This document shows, one piece after another, positions 9,244 to 17,878 of a stretch of DNA of 64,000 nucleotides (positions are counted from its first letter, which is position 1; the number at the start of each line of letters is the position of its first letter). Position numbers and translations under genes: made by a program. Below the pieces are notes generated by a model. It saw only the letters and a program-made list of their open reading frames with translations, did no database searches and was not told the origin of the DNA. The stretch is from a virus (lineage: Duplodnaviria; Caudoviricetes), in IMG/VR virus record IMGVR_UViG_3300009078_000003, positions 90-64,089 of that record; one strand, given 5' to 3'.

Positions 9244-9803
9244 GTAATACCCCCCTCTGCCACAAAAACACCAACTGTTCTAAAGGGGAACTGCCATAAA
9301 AAGGGTCCAAGGGTCTTGAGGAGCTCCTCATACTGCCACTCATAAAGATGCTTCTCATAGATGTTCTCTTTGTAATCTGTCTCTGGCTGCCCTAAATGAC
9401 CGTACCCCCGGAACCAGGGCCTAAAAGGTGCCAAAGGAAGAGACAACCACAAGAACTTGGTCCTCTGCTTAAGCCTTACCCAAGTCTGTATAGCCTCATC
9501 TTTATTAAGGTGTTCCAGGACATCGCCAAGAATAATGAGATCGTAAACTGTTTCTGCAAATGCAGCCTTCTGGATATCACAGACATAAATTGTGCCGTAC
9601 TTTTCCAGAAGGCAGTACCTGTCAACATAGGGAGCAAATATCTCTACGGCCTCAACACATGCCTCCGGCTTGACACTCTTTATTATATCACAGTAAATAC
9701 CCAACCCAGGCCCCACATCCAGCACTGTACTTATCTGGTCTTTGAAAGTCTGAAACCAGTCCTCAAATAAAAGTTTTCCTTCATTTGCACTGCTGGGCAT
9801 CAC
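9240..9803 (-). CDS. Class I SAM-dependent methyltransferase
   Basis: VLDVGPGLG, YDLIILGDVLEH. Confidence 0.85.
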   Translation of the reverse strand: MMPSSANEGKLLFEDWFQTFKDQISTVLDVGPGLGIYCDIIKSVKPEACVEAVEIFAPYVDRYCLLEKYGTIYVCDIQKAAFAETVYDLIILGDVLEHLNKDEAIQTWVRLKQRTKFLWLSLPLAPFRPWFRGYGHLGQPETDYKENIYEKHLYEWQYEELLKTLGPFLWQFPFRTVGVFVAEGGIT

Positions 9804-10318
9804 TTCACCTTCTTTATGATAATGTCAAAAGACCAGCGATTGTGAAGAGAATCAAAGCTCAGGAGTTCATACCTCCAACCCATACTGGATATGATTGAAA
9901 GCATATCCTCCGGCCAGTAGTCTCTGGTATGTGCCGGGTTGGCATCCGGGTGGCCCACGTGGGGGTAGTGGTCCCCATGGGGAGTCAGAGTAAACAACAC
10001 TCCCCCAGGTTTAAGTATACGCCAACACTCTTCAAGACCTTCTCTTGGGTCCACCAGATCTTCCAAAATGTGGGAAGCCACCACAAACTCAAACTGCTCA
10101 TCCTGAAACATGTGCAGGTTCCTGATATCTGCAACAATCTCAGGCTCTGCTCCAGGCCACTTATCCACTTCAGTCAGCCGGCCTCTCCACCATTGTTTAT
10201 CAGCATTCTTCGGATCTGACTGGTGTAGCGGCCCGCACCCCAGGTCCACCCCCGTCTTAGGGGTCACACCATACTCACCAAGATACTTCTCTAGTAATTC
10301 CCGCTCACTCTGTATCAT
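9800..10318 (-). CDS. Class I SAM-dependent methyltransferase (type 11-like)
   Basis: VDLGCG, FEFVVASHILED, RILKPGG. Confidence 0.85.
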   Translation of the reverse strand: MIQSERELLEKYLGEYGVTPKTGVDLGCGPLHQSDPKNADKQWWRGRLTEVDKWPGAEPEIVADIRNLHMFQDEQFEFVVASHILEDLVDPREGLEECWRILKPGGVLFTLTPHGDHYPHVGHPDANPAHTRDYWPEDMLSIISSMGWRYELLSFDSLHNRWSFDIIIKKVK

Positions 10319-10320
10319 AG

Positions 10321-11457
10321 CTATCTCATCATAAAGTCTTTCTGGCCTACCTGGCCAGCATCTGTCACCATGTACTTTGGATAGGTGTCAACTAACACCT
10401 CGTTCAAGAGTTCCTCCCCGTACATATTATAAAAGATAGCACCAGGAGGGGCTTTTCGTACTAGACTGTATCCCCCAGTAAGCCACACAACATGGACATC
10501 TTGGGCACCCTTATTGAACACATGCCACTGTACTTTGTCTGTGATCCACCGCTCCTCAACAGAACGGCTCGGCAAAGCCTTAATCTGCTTCTGGTATATA
10601 GAACCCTTTAGCATTCTCATCATGGTCTGCATTACATGGTAGCTTGGCCTCTTTTCCCCACTCTCAGCCACTAACCCCCACCCTTCGTACTGAAGGGCAA
10701 ACCATATTGAATAATCAATACCCATAGAATTAAACAGGATATTCTGCTCTAACAGAGAAACTGCCTGCCGCTCCGGAGTTTGTATTATATGATAAAATGC
10801 TGGATCCCCGGAACAGGGAACTCCAAACTCAGAGACCACTATAGGCTTAGAAACCTCCCACGTAGCAAGGAGTTCATTAACTTTTCCCATCCCAACGAAT
10901 ATGTTTTTGGTTCCCCCATAACCATAAACGTAAAAATTGAGACTAACAAAATCCAAAACATCACCTATCCAGTAACCTAGGCATTCTCGCAGAAAGCCAC
11001 TTCTGTCATCGTTCCCTAAGAGACCATTAAACGTGGGGGTAATCCAACCACAGCCCCCTATTGTGTTCTCAGGATCTATCTCTTTGCCTGTGTAATAAAA
11101 AGCTGACATCAAATCTACAAACTGCTTTGGGCTCCCCCCAAACCTGCACCCAGCCTGATCCGGTCTTGTTTCTGGCTCTCCACCAAAATCCCAGATACTG
11201 ATAAGCCCGTTGTACTTCTTGAACATATCAGCAAAATGGTTCTTTGGAACCTGAACCGTGTTCTTCGGCAGTACGAGCTTCCCAATCAACTTCGTCCCAG
11301 AATCAACTACCTCTTTGCAGACATCAATCGAGGGTTGATATATGTGTAGCGGCAGCTGAACCAGGTCCGGCTTCACTTCCAAAACCAGATTCTTGTACTT
11401 GTCCAAACTCCCCGCTAGAGCTACCCCATACTGACTGATCTCCCACTTTTGTATCAT
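10321..11457 (-). CDS. Clan GH-A glycoside hydrolase-like TIM barrel
   Basis: WDFGGEP (acid/base), DFVSLNFY, KPIVVSEFG (nucleophile), WGLV...KRPSY. Confidence 0.65.
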   Translation of the reverse strand: MIQKWEISQYGVALAGSLDKYKNLVLEVKPDLVQLPLHIYQPSIDVCKEVVDSGTKLIGKLVLPKNTVQVPKNHFADMFKKYNGLISIWDFGGEPETRPDQAGCRFGGSPKQFVDLMSAFYYTGKEIDPENTIGGCGWITPTFNGLLGNDDRSGFLRECLGYWIGDVLDFVSLNFYVYGYGGTKNIFVGMGKVNELLATWEVSKPIVVSEFGVPCSGDPAFYHIIQTPERQAVSLLEQNILFNSMGIDYSIWFALQYEGWGLVAESGEKRPSYHVMQTMMRMLKGSIYQKQIKALPSRSVEERWITDKVQWHVFNKGAQDVHVVWLTGGYSLVRKAPPGAIFYNMYGEELLNEVLVDTYPKYMVTDAGQVGQKDFMMR

Positions 11458-12430
11458 CTTTCATCTCCTTACCGTTAGAAAGCAATTTTCTAAGAGAGGA
11501 CATTACCATCTCAGGTGTTATGCTCTTCATACAAACCATATAATAAGACACATCCCTACAGGCCCCCATCTGCCAATCCCAACAAGGGCAGATCTTGCAG
11601 GTATCCTTCAAGAATAAAATCTCCTTGCTGCCGTAATACTTTACCCGGAACCTAGGATCAATAGGGCCAAAAAGCCCAACAAAGGGGATACCCAGAAACC
11701 CACAAGCGTGGAGTATTCCTGAATCCACCACTATTGCAGCTGAACACTGAGAAAGAACAGAGAACAACTGCATGATATTAACCCTTCCAGTAAGATTTAT
11801 AAGACCAGCCCTCTTTTCAAGCTTAACAAACTGATTGTGCAGAAGAACAATGGCATACTCCCTACTCAGGAGGGTCCCAACAACCTCTTCCCAATTAGGC
11901 CAAGACCGTATTGGAGCAGTAGCCCAGGGAGCTAAGGCTATAATCCTGTTATTCCCAAACTCCTTCAGCTGGGTTCTTCCCCAATCCCCCCAGGCAGGGT
12001 CTACCTTAATCCTGTAATTAGCAACAACATCAGAAGGTCTAAGACCAACACCCATAGCCATAAGATCAAGTCTATGGTAAGCAGCACAGTGGGGCAAGTA
12101 ATCTACCTTGTCCTGAAGATTAACTATAAAGGAACCAGTAGAACTACCATCCAAACAGACAGAGTCTACCAATTTCAGTTTTGTTATAAGTTTTTTGTAC
12201 GGTGGGCTGGTTATCAGATGGACTTTACAAAACTTTGGGGGCAGTTTTCTACGCAGACTGTGGGAAACCAGAGCAGCCATCAGGACATCCCCTAAGCCTT
12301 TCGTTCTCCTAATATAAACGTCCAGCTTTTTATGACAAGAAAGCTCTGCCAGGGTACCCTCAGCTACCCCATGAATGAATAAAGACTTTCCAGGAGTAGC
12401 CGGTGGGGCAGGCTTATGGAAAGTTGGCAT
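11324..12430 (-). CDS. GT9 (heptosyltransferase-like) glycosyltransferase
   Basis: GLGDVLM, RSWP, NLTG, VDSGILH, IPFVGLFGP, CxPC, CMxxI. Confidence 0.88.
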   Translation of the reverse strand: MPTFHKPAPPATPGKSLFIHGVAEGTLAELSCHKKLDVYIRRTKGLGDVLMAALVSHSLRRKLPPKFCKVHLITSPPYKKLITKLKLVDSVCLDGSSTGSFIVNLQDKVDYLPHCAAYHRLDLMAMGVGLRPSDVVANYRIKVDPAWGDWGRTQLKEFGNNRIIALAPWATAPIRSWPNWEEVVGTLLSREYAIVLLHNQFVKLEKRAGLINLTGRVNIMQLFSVLSQCSAAIVVDSGILHACGFLGIPFVGLFGPIDPRFRVKYYGSKEILFLKDTCKICPCWDWQMGACRDVSYYMVCMKSITPEMVMSSLRKLLSNGKEMKDDTKVGDQSVWGSSSGEFGQVQESGFGSEAGPGSAAATHISTLD

Positions 12431-12445
12431 CTCCCGAGCCTCCTG

Positions 12446-12889
12446 CTATCTGCTATTGGCAACCACTTCTACGTAGATATCAACCGCCCCGCTTATTGGT
12501 GGGTTTTCAAAGTATATTTTGTCCACTAGAAAGTCATCTTCCTCAGTAAACTCCCAGATATACCCCATGGCAGTTACATCAAAGACAACCATATCCCCAG
12601 TTGGGGAGTTAAATCGCATGTTAACCGTAGCCGAGGTCCTGATATGCCCGGACTTCGCTTTCAGGACAGCCCCAATATCAACCAAGTTATCAGCAAATGT
12701 TGACCCTACTGCCACAGTAATATTCCAGGAAGCAGGGTTGGCTGGGGCATCCAGTGTCTTCACAAAATCAGAGTGTGCAGCCAGAGAGTATGGGGTGGCT
12801 ATGGATTCCCCAGGCTGAACCACTTGTTTCTGGCGGTCCACATCTCTGACTTTGTAGGTAACAGAACCATCATTTCTATAGGTTGGCAT
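12446..12889 (-). CDS. Hypothetical protein, probably virion-associated
   Basis: 147-aa beta-rich ORF with AGGAGG RBS. Confidence 0.55.
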   Translation of the reverse strand: MPTYRNDGSVTYKVRDVDRQKQVVQPGESIATPYSLAAHSDFVKTLDAPANPASWNITVAVGSTFADNLVDIGAVLKAKSGHIRTSATVNMRFNSPTGDMVVFDVTAMGYIWEFTEEDDFLVDKIYFENPPISGAVDIYVEVVANSR

Positions 12890-12943
12890 TATTATAAACC
12901 TCCTTGTAGTATTCTATCCACATCCCTATGGGGGTGATAAATC

Positions 12944-13219
12944 TCAGTTCTTCCTTGAATGACCTACCTTAGAAAGCCTCCCTGAAATGGAGATCAATCT
13001 TCTCCGGTAGAATAGCTTAGTTTCCAAATAATGTACACAAACATACTCCCTGGTTTTCAGAACATCCAGCCATAAAGTTTTTATGTACTCCTTCCACTCC
13101 CTGTAAAGACATTTGTAATAGAGATCATCTTTTATGGAATCCTCATAAAGACCATCTGGTTCATAAGAGTCAAAACCAAAGCAATTATTTCCATCTGTAC
13201 TGCAATCGTAAGTGATCAT
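12944..13219 (-). CDS. Hypothetical protein
   Basis: 91-aa ORF, AGGAG RBS, in operon. Confidence 0.5.
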   Translation of the reverse strand: MITYDCSTDGNNCFGFDSYEPDGLYEDSIKDDLYYKCLYREWKEYIKTLWLDVLKTREYVCVHYLETKLFYRRRLISISGRLSKVGHSRKN

Positions 13220-13229
13220 CCATTTCTCC

Positions 13230-14843
13230 TTAAAATCTACTTTCTGGCGTTAAAGCCATACTAAATTCAGTCTCACTGTCATTAGAATAATCAATGGTCC
13301 CTGAGTATATTGCATACAATAAGATCCAAGAACCAAAAATATTTCTCCTGTAACAGCCCTGATTACAGGTTATCGAACGAGTAAAAATAAGCTCCGGGGC
13401 TGTGTAAGCAGGTAAACAGCCAAATAAATCAGATAGGATACATATATTCTCTTTTGCAAATGTATCGCTTGGGAGCCACCTACTAGATCCCCAAGTTGTA
13501 ATTAAAGCATGATCATAATAAGAGTCTACACAGGGTGGGCAAAGATTAACTTTTATCTCATAACCAGATACATTTGGGCAGTAACCAGAGGGTTCTTTAG
13601 ACACCTCCCGCACATACCGCTGATCACACACTTCTGGGGAGATATACTCTGCGGTGTCACATACAAGCGAACAAGGATCAGACCAATGAGGATCTTTTTC
13701 CAACATTCTGCTCTCACTCCTGTACAGGAGATTCAGGTTAGTAAAATCAACTAAGTAAACCACATAAGATTTACTATCAATTATCTCCGTTGTCTTAACA
13801 CAACTCCCTAGAGGAATATCATGGAGCCTCTCTCGTACAAGGACAGCATTCAAGTCTATATCCGGTGCCCCCAGAGCCACCTTCTGTACCTCTAAAGAGA
13901 AATGCCCAGAAACTTCAGTAAACTGTATATTAAAATGGATGATCTCCCCCTCTACCACCCAAAGCACACCACCATCTTCAATCGTAGAACCTGCCGAAGG
14001 CCAAACAGGTTCTATATCCCAAGTTACCCCTCCTGACACACAACGACACAAACGAGATATCCCAGAAACAACCACATCTATGAGATCTCCCTCAGCTTTT
14101 ACTGTACCTGCAGCCCATCCAGGAGTCCCTACAGGCACTTCAAAATAATGAGTAAAATATTTACTAAGGGCACCATTGTTCAGGAAGATCTGCTCTTCCC
14201 CAGTCCCAGACCCTTCCATAAATGGGCCACAAAGCCCCCCAGGTTCTACAATGTTAGACTCACTATCCTCTCCAAGGCTTACTGTAATCTCCTCTCCCCC
14301 AAGAGCAGGTGTAAACCCATTGAAAGTCAATCTGAGATAATACTCACAGGCTCTCGGAAGCAAATCCTCAAAACCAACAATATAGTACCTACTGCTACCC
14401 ACCTCACTGGCCTTTGCCAACAAAACCCTATCCCCCTCATGGAACGCAGAGGCACCCCCTTCTGTATTGCCTGGGGAACAGTGATAGAAAAAGGGGACCC
14501 TCTCCATCCAGGTCTCTAAATCATATACCCCAGTATCCCTCCAAAGAACCCCACCATCTATTATAACCCCACCATCTGTAACCCAGTGAGGCTCGGTATC
14601 CCCTGTCATACCCGCCACAATACAAACATACTCATGGTTATTATCCGCACTGGGGCCTACTTTGTTTCCAACAACCTTAGTAGTATAGACTTCCCAAGGG
14701 GTTGTTTCGTAAGGCTGATCTTTATCAATACGGACATTAGCTGTGATTGGGTCAGATGAATTCATCTCTTTGATCTCCCCAACCAAGATGTCCTGATCAT
14801 AGGTTTGTGCTATCCTAACCTGGTTCTTTCTCAAGCTATCCAC
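13230..14843 (-). CDS. Cys-rich tail/virion protein
   Basis: Position after tail-tip genes; two copies of C..xG.T.D.EP.W.......DGGVLW. Confidence 0.55.
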   Translation of the reverse strand: MDSLRKNQVRIAQTYDQDILVGEIKEMNSSDPITANVRIDKDQPYETTPWEVYTTKVVGNKVGPSADNNHEYVCIVAGMTGDTEPHWVTDGGVIIDGGVLWRDTGVYDLETWMERVPFFYHCSPGNTEGGASAFHEGDRVLLAKASEVGSSRYYIVGFEDLLPRACEYYLRLTFNGFTPALGGEEITVSLGEDSESNIVEPGGLCGPFMEGSGTGEEQIFLNNGALSKYFTHYFEVPVGTPGWAAGTVKAEGDLIDVVVSGISRLCRCVSGGVTWDIEPVWPSAGSTIEDGGVLWVVEGEIIHFNIQFTEVSGHFSLEVQKVALGAPDIDLNAVLVRERLHDIPLGSCVKTTEIIDSKSYVVYLVDFTNLNLLYRSESRMLEKDPHWSDPCSLVCDTAEYISPEVCDQRYVREVSKEPSGYCPNVSGYEIKVNLCPPCVDSYYDHALITTWGSSRWLPSDTFAKENICILSDLFGCLPAYTAPELIFTRSITCNQGCYRRNIFGSWILLYAIYSGTIDYSNDSETEFSMALTPESRF

Positions 14844-16359
14844 CCATACTCATCACATGCCAAGGCATGATAACCACATCACCCCCAGGCTCACTCTTCT
14901 TTGTGTAACTACACACAATATCTACAACCTCATCCCTTTCACCACTTGGAGCTATAGTCCAGCAAAGGGGGACTACCCACTCCCCAGTAGCTAAGTTAAT
15001 CTGGCCAGAAGTACAATCCCCACTACAAACCCCACTAGGGTCAACCACAACAGTCATCTCAGTTGTGAGCCAAGCAGGAAATATCCCCATAACTGGCCCT
15101 GGCAGAAGGGTGTCATAGCTTGTCTTAATTGTAATCGGAGAGTTAGGGTCTATCGGAGCCCTGGAAAGATTAGACAGATTGGGGTAACAGGTACCATCAG
15201 ACTCTCCCAGTTTCTCTAATGCTACTGTTTCTGCTGGAGTATCCTCACCAACACCTAAACATGAGTCAGAAAAGGGTTCTCCATACCTCTTTCCCAGTTT
15301 CTTGAGGAAGACGTGGGTGCCTATTGCATACCCAGCAAAGTCGGTAGCAGTAACCTCTATAGTCTCTCCTTCTGCTTGAACTTTATATTTTAAAGACAAA
15401 TCCCCATAAACACCACATACAGGGTATGTCTTGTCCCCCTCTTCCAATCCTGCCCAACCCAGAGAGTCTGTGTAGTAGTCAAGCAATTTTCCCCCAGTCC
15501 AGGTTGGGGTTGCAAAGAATGTCATACCCACAGTCCAAAATTTCCCAGATGTGTGGTAACTATACTCTCTAAAAAAGCAACAATCCCCATCCGAGACATC
15601 ACACATTTTAACCGGGCATGTTGGTTTAGATATCTCCATACCCCCACTCCCACCAACTACAATTAAAGCAAACAGTGCTTCTCCCGGCAAAGGCAGATCC
15701 TTTCTATGGACCTTCCACTGAAGCTCCCCCGTCTTACGCAGCTGCCCGGACTCTTCAGATCTTTCCCAAACCTCCTCCCCAACATAAGCATCAAAACCTA
15801 AACTACCCAACAAGTACGCCCTCTTTGGCAATGCTCCAGAAGGAAAGCACTCAGAGCAAGCTCTTTTAATAACCCACCCATCAGGGACACGACACTTAAA
15901 AATCCAGTACTCAGTAGTCTTAGTTGACGGCCCAAATGCTGTGTATTCAAGAGTGACTTCCTGTTCCCATCTTATAGTCTCCAACTCAGCACTTTCAAAT
16001 GGATCACAGTCACCTGGAGAAAGTGGCACCTCCCAAAAATCACCAACCCTGGGCTCATTTGTAGTAGACTGCAATGGAATTGTATATACAGGAACAGATA
16101 ATATTTCATCTTCAGAAGGCCGGTCTTCCAGTGCGCACTTGGCTGCCAACTCACACAACTCAAGACTTCTTTCAAGGTATTCTACTTTTTCAGTATCCCC
16201 CAAAGCCTCATACATTTCTATAAGTGCTTGAATAAATGAACAAAAATCAGAGATAGTATCCTGACTCCCCCTTTCAGCCGAGGGCAAAGAATCGTGAGTT
16301 TTCTCTATTGCTTTCCCTTTCGGCTCTCGTGGACAAAGATTTATTGTGTATTCACTCAT
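14836..16359 (-). CDS. Cys-rich tail/virion protein
   Basis: 507 aa; C-terminal domain similar to part of 21226-22644. Confidence 0.55.
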   Translation of the reverse strand: MSEYTINLCPREPKGKAIEKTHDSLPSAERGSQDTISDFCSFIQALIEMYEALGDTEKVEYLERSLELCELAAKCALEDRPSEDEILSVPVYTIPLQSTTNEPRVGDFWEVPLSPGDCDPFESAELETIRWEQEVTLEYTAFGPSTKTTEYWIFKCRVPDGWVIKRACSECFPSGALPKRAYLLGSLGFDAYVGEEVWERSEESGQLRKTGELQWKVHRKDLPLPGEALFALIVVGGSGGMEISKPTCPVKMCDVSDGDCCFFREYSYHTSGKFWTVGMTFFATPTWTGGKLLDYYTDSLGWAGLEEGDKTYPVCGVYGDLSLKYKVQAEGETIEVTATDFAGYAIGTHVFLKKLGKRYGEPFSDSCLGVGEDTPAETVALEKLGESDGTCYPNLSNLSRAPIDPNSPITIKTSYDTLLPGPVMGIFPAWLTTEMTVVVDPSGVCSGDCTSGQINLATGEWVVPLCWTIAPSGERDEVVDIVCSYTKKSEPGGDVVIMPWHVMSMGG

Positions 16360-17150
16360 CCCACTACTATAGAATCATTTTCCAGTAAATCCGCATCACT
16401 CGGCGTGTACCCAGGAGCAGTAACCCTTATAGTATGAACTCCTTTTGCCAGCAGCCCAACATTAATTCTCCCATCCTCACCAGAAACAGAGTTAATCAAG
16501 TTTCCATCCACAACTACCTGGGCTCCTTCAACTTTATAGTTACTGTCACAAGCATCAACTATAACCAAAATAACATCTTCAAAAACTGCATCTGCTACCT
16601 CCAGCTCATAAAAGGCACATGCCTCTTTCCCTACTTCCTCACAATTTCTACAAACCAGGATAGATTGACGCCCTGACTTTACCGGGGAAAAGGCAAGTGA
16701 GGCATAAGAATATCCATAAGTAACCTCAAGCACACCATAAACAGCTATAGACAATGTAACTGTGTCACTCCCCTTTTTTGCAATAACCGAGGGCAGTATT
16801 TTGCTATGAGGAAACTCAGCATCCAAAGCAGAACCTATCCACTTATACGAAAAAGACCCAGACAAGAGGTATGTAAGATTGGCCTCCGTTTCCCCATCAA
16901 AGGTAAGCTCCTCTGTGTGTGTCCCTACTTTGTTTGGAGATAAAATAGAAAAAGTGCCCCCAAGAGTAGAGTAAAAAAGATAGCTGTCAGTAGGGTAGAC
17001 TTTAAAAAATATCTGCTCTCCCAATTCAAACTCAGAGCTGCCACCATTTAACACATCGTCCAGCTCCATGGAGATTTCACAGCTCTGCTCTGCCTGCTCT
17101 GCCTCCTCACATGACGCCTTAAAAGTTACTGAGAGAGATTCACTAGACAT
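16356..17150 (-). CDS. Minor tail protein with C-terminal Ig/PEGA-like domain
   Basis: VEGAQVVVDG...GVHTIRVTAPGY; N-terminal part paralogous to 17143-17625. Confidence 0.55.
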   Translation of the reverse strand: MSSESLSVTFKASCEEAEQAEQSCEISMELDDVLNGGSSEFELGEQIFFKVYPTDSYLFYSTLGGTFSILSPNKVGTHTEELTFDGETEANLTYLLSGSFSYKWIGSALDAEFPHSKILPSVIAKKGSDTVTLSIAVYGVLEVTYGYSYASLAFSPVKSGRQSILVCRNCEEVGKEACAFYELEVADAVFEDVILVIVDACDSNYKVEGAQVVVDGNLINSVSGEDGRINVGLLAKGVHTIRVTAPGYTPSDADLLENDSIVVG

Positions 17151-17625
17151 TGCCGGACACCAGAACCAGTACAGGATATTCCTCTACACCCTTGTCTGAC
17201 AGAATCAAAGAGTACACATCATACTGAGTTGTGTAACTGACAGCTGCTACAGCCACTCCTGTTTTGGCTGCTCTGATTGAGGTGTCCCCAGTTTTCAATA
17301 TTGTACCAAGAGACCGACCAAACCATGAATAGCTCGTAATCGACTTAATAAATTTACTCAGGCTCCCAATGTTTTCATTGGCAAAAGAGACATTCTCTGT
17401 CAGACTCTCTATAGAATTTACAGACTCTAAAAAGATCGTACCATCAGATGACCCAACAGTTATAGTTAAATTAGGGGAATGGTAAATTCGGAAGTAGACT
17501 TTCTCCCCATACAAAAAACAGGACCTGTCTCCATTAAGCTCATCATCCAATTCCACTGACAAGTAACCGTCAGCCGATTCACAACTAGTCTTAAATTCTA
17601 CAAGTATACTGCTTTCAATAGTCAT
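17143..17625 (-). CDS. Minor tail protein
   Basis: Paralogous to N-terminal part of 16356-17150. Confidence 0.5.
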   Translation of the reverse strand: MTIESSILVEFKTSCESADGYLSVELDDELNGDRSCFLYGEKVYFRIYHSPNLTITVGSSDGTIFLESVNSIESLTENVSFANENIGSLSKFIKSITSYSWFGRSLGTILKTGDTSIRAAKTGVAVAAVSYTTQYDVYSLILSDKGVEEYPVLVLVSGNV

Positions 17626-17876
17626 CCCGATATTCTTACCCTCACTACTGATGGATTAGAAAACATGCTGGAATCCAGAACCACCCACCCTTCAGAAGAT
17701 TTACCCACAGTTACTCTCTGCTTTGGAAGGAGTTCTTTTGAAGAAGAAGCCAAAAGCATCATGTTCCCTGTAGCTATCTGCCACTTCCCATTTTTCTTTG
17801 CCTTATACACCCTCCCAGGCTTGATTGTCTGGGGCTTCACAAGCAACACAGATAAATTATTTAGATTATGTCCCAT
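17622..17876 (-). CDS. Small hypothetical tail-region protein
   Basis: 84-aa ORF overlapping neighbour. Confidence 0.5.
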   Translation of the reverse strand: MGHNLNNLSVLLVKPQTIKPGRVYKAKKNGKWQIATGNMMLLASSSKELLPKQRVTVGKSSEGWVVLDSSMFSNPSVVRVRISG

Positions 17877-17878
17877 AC

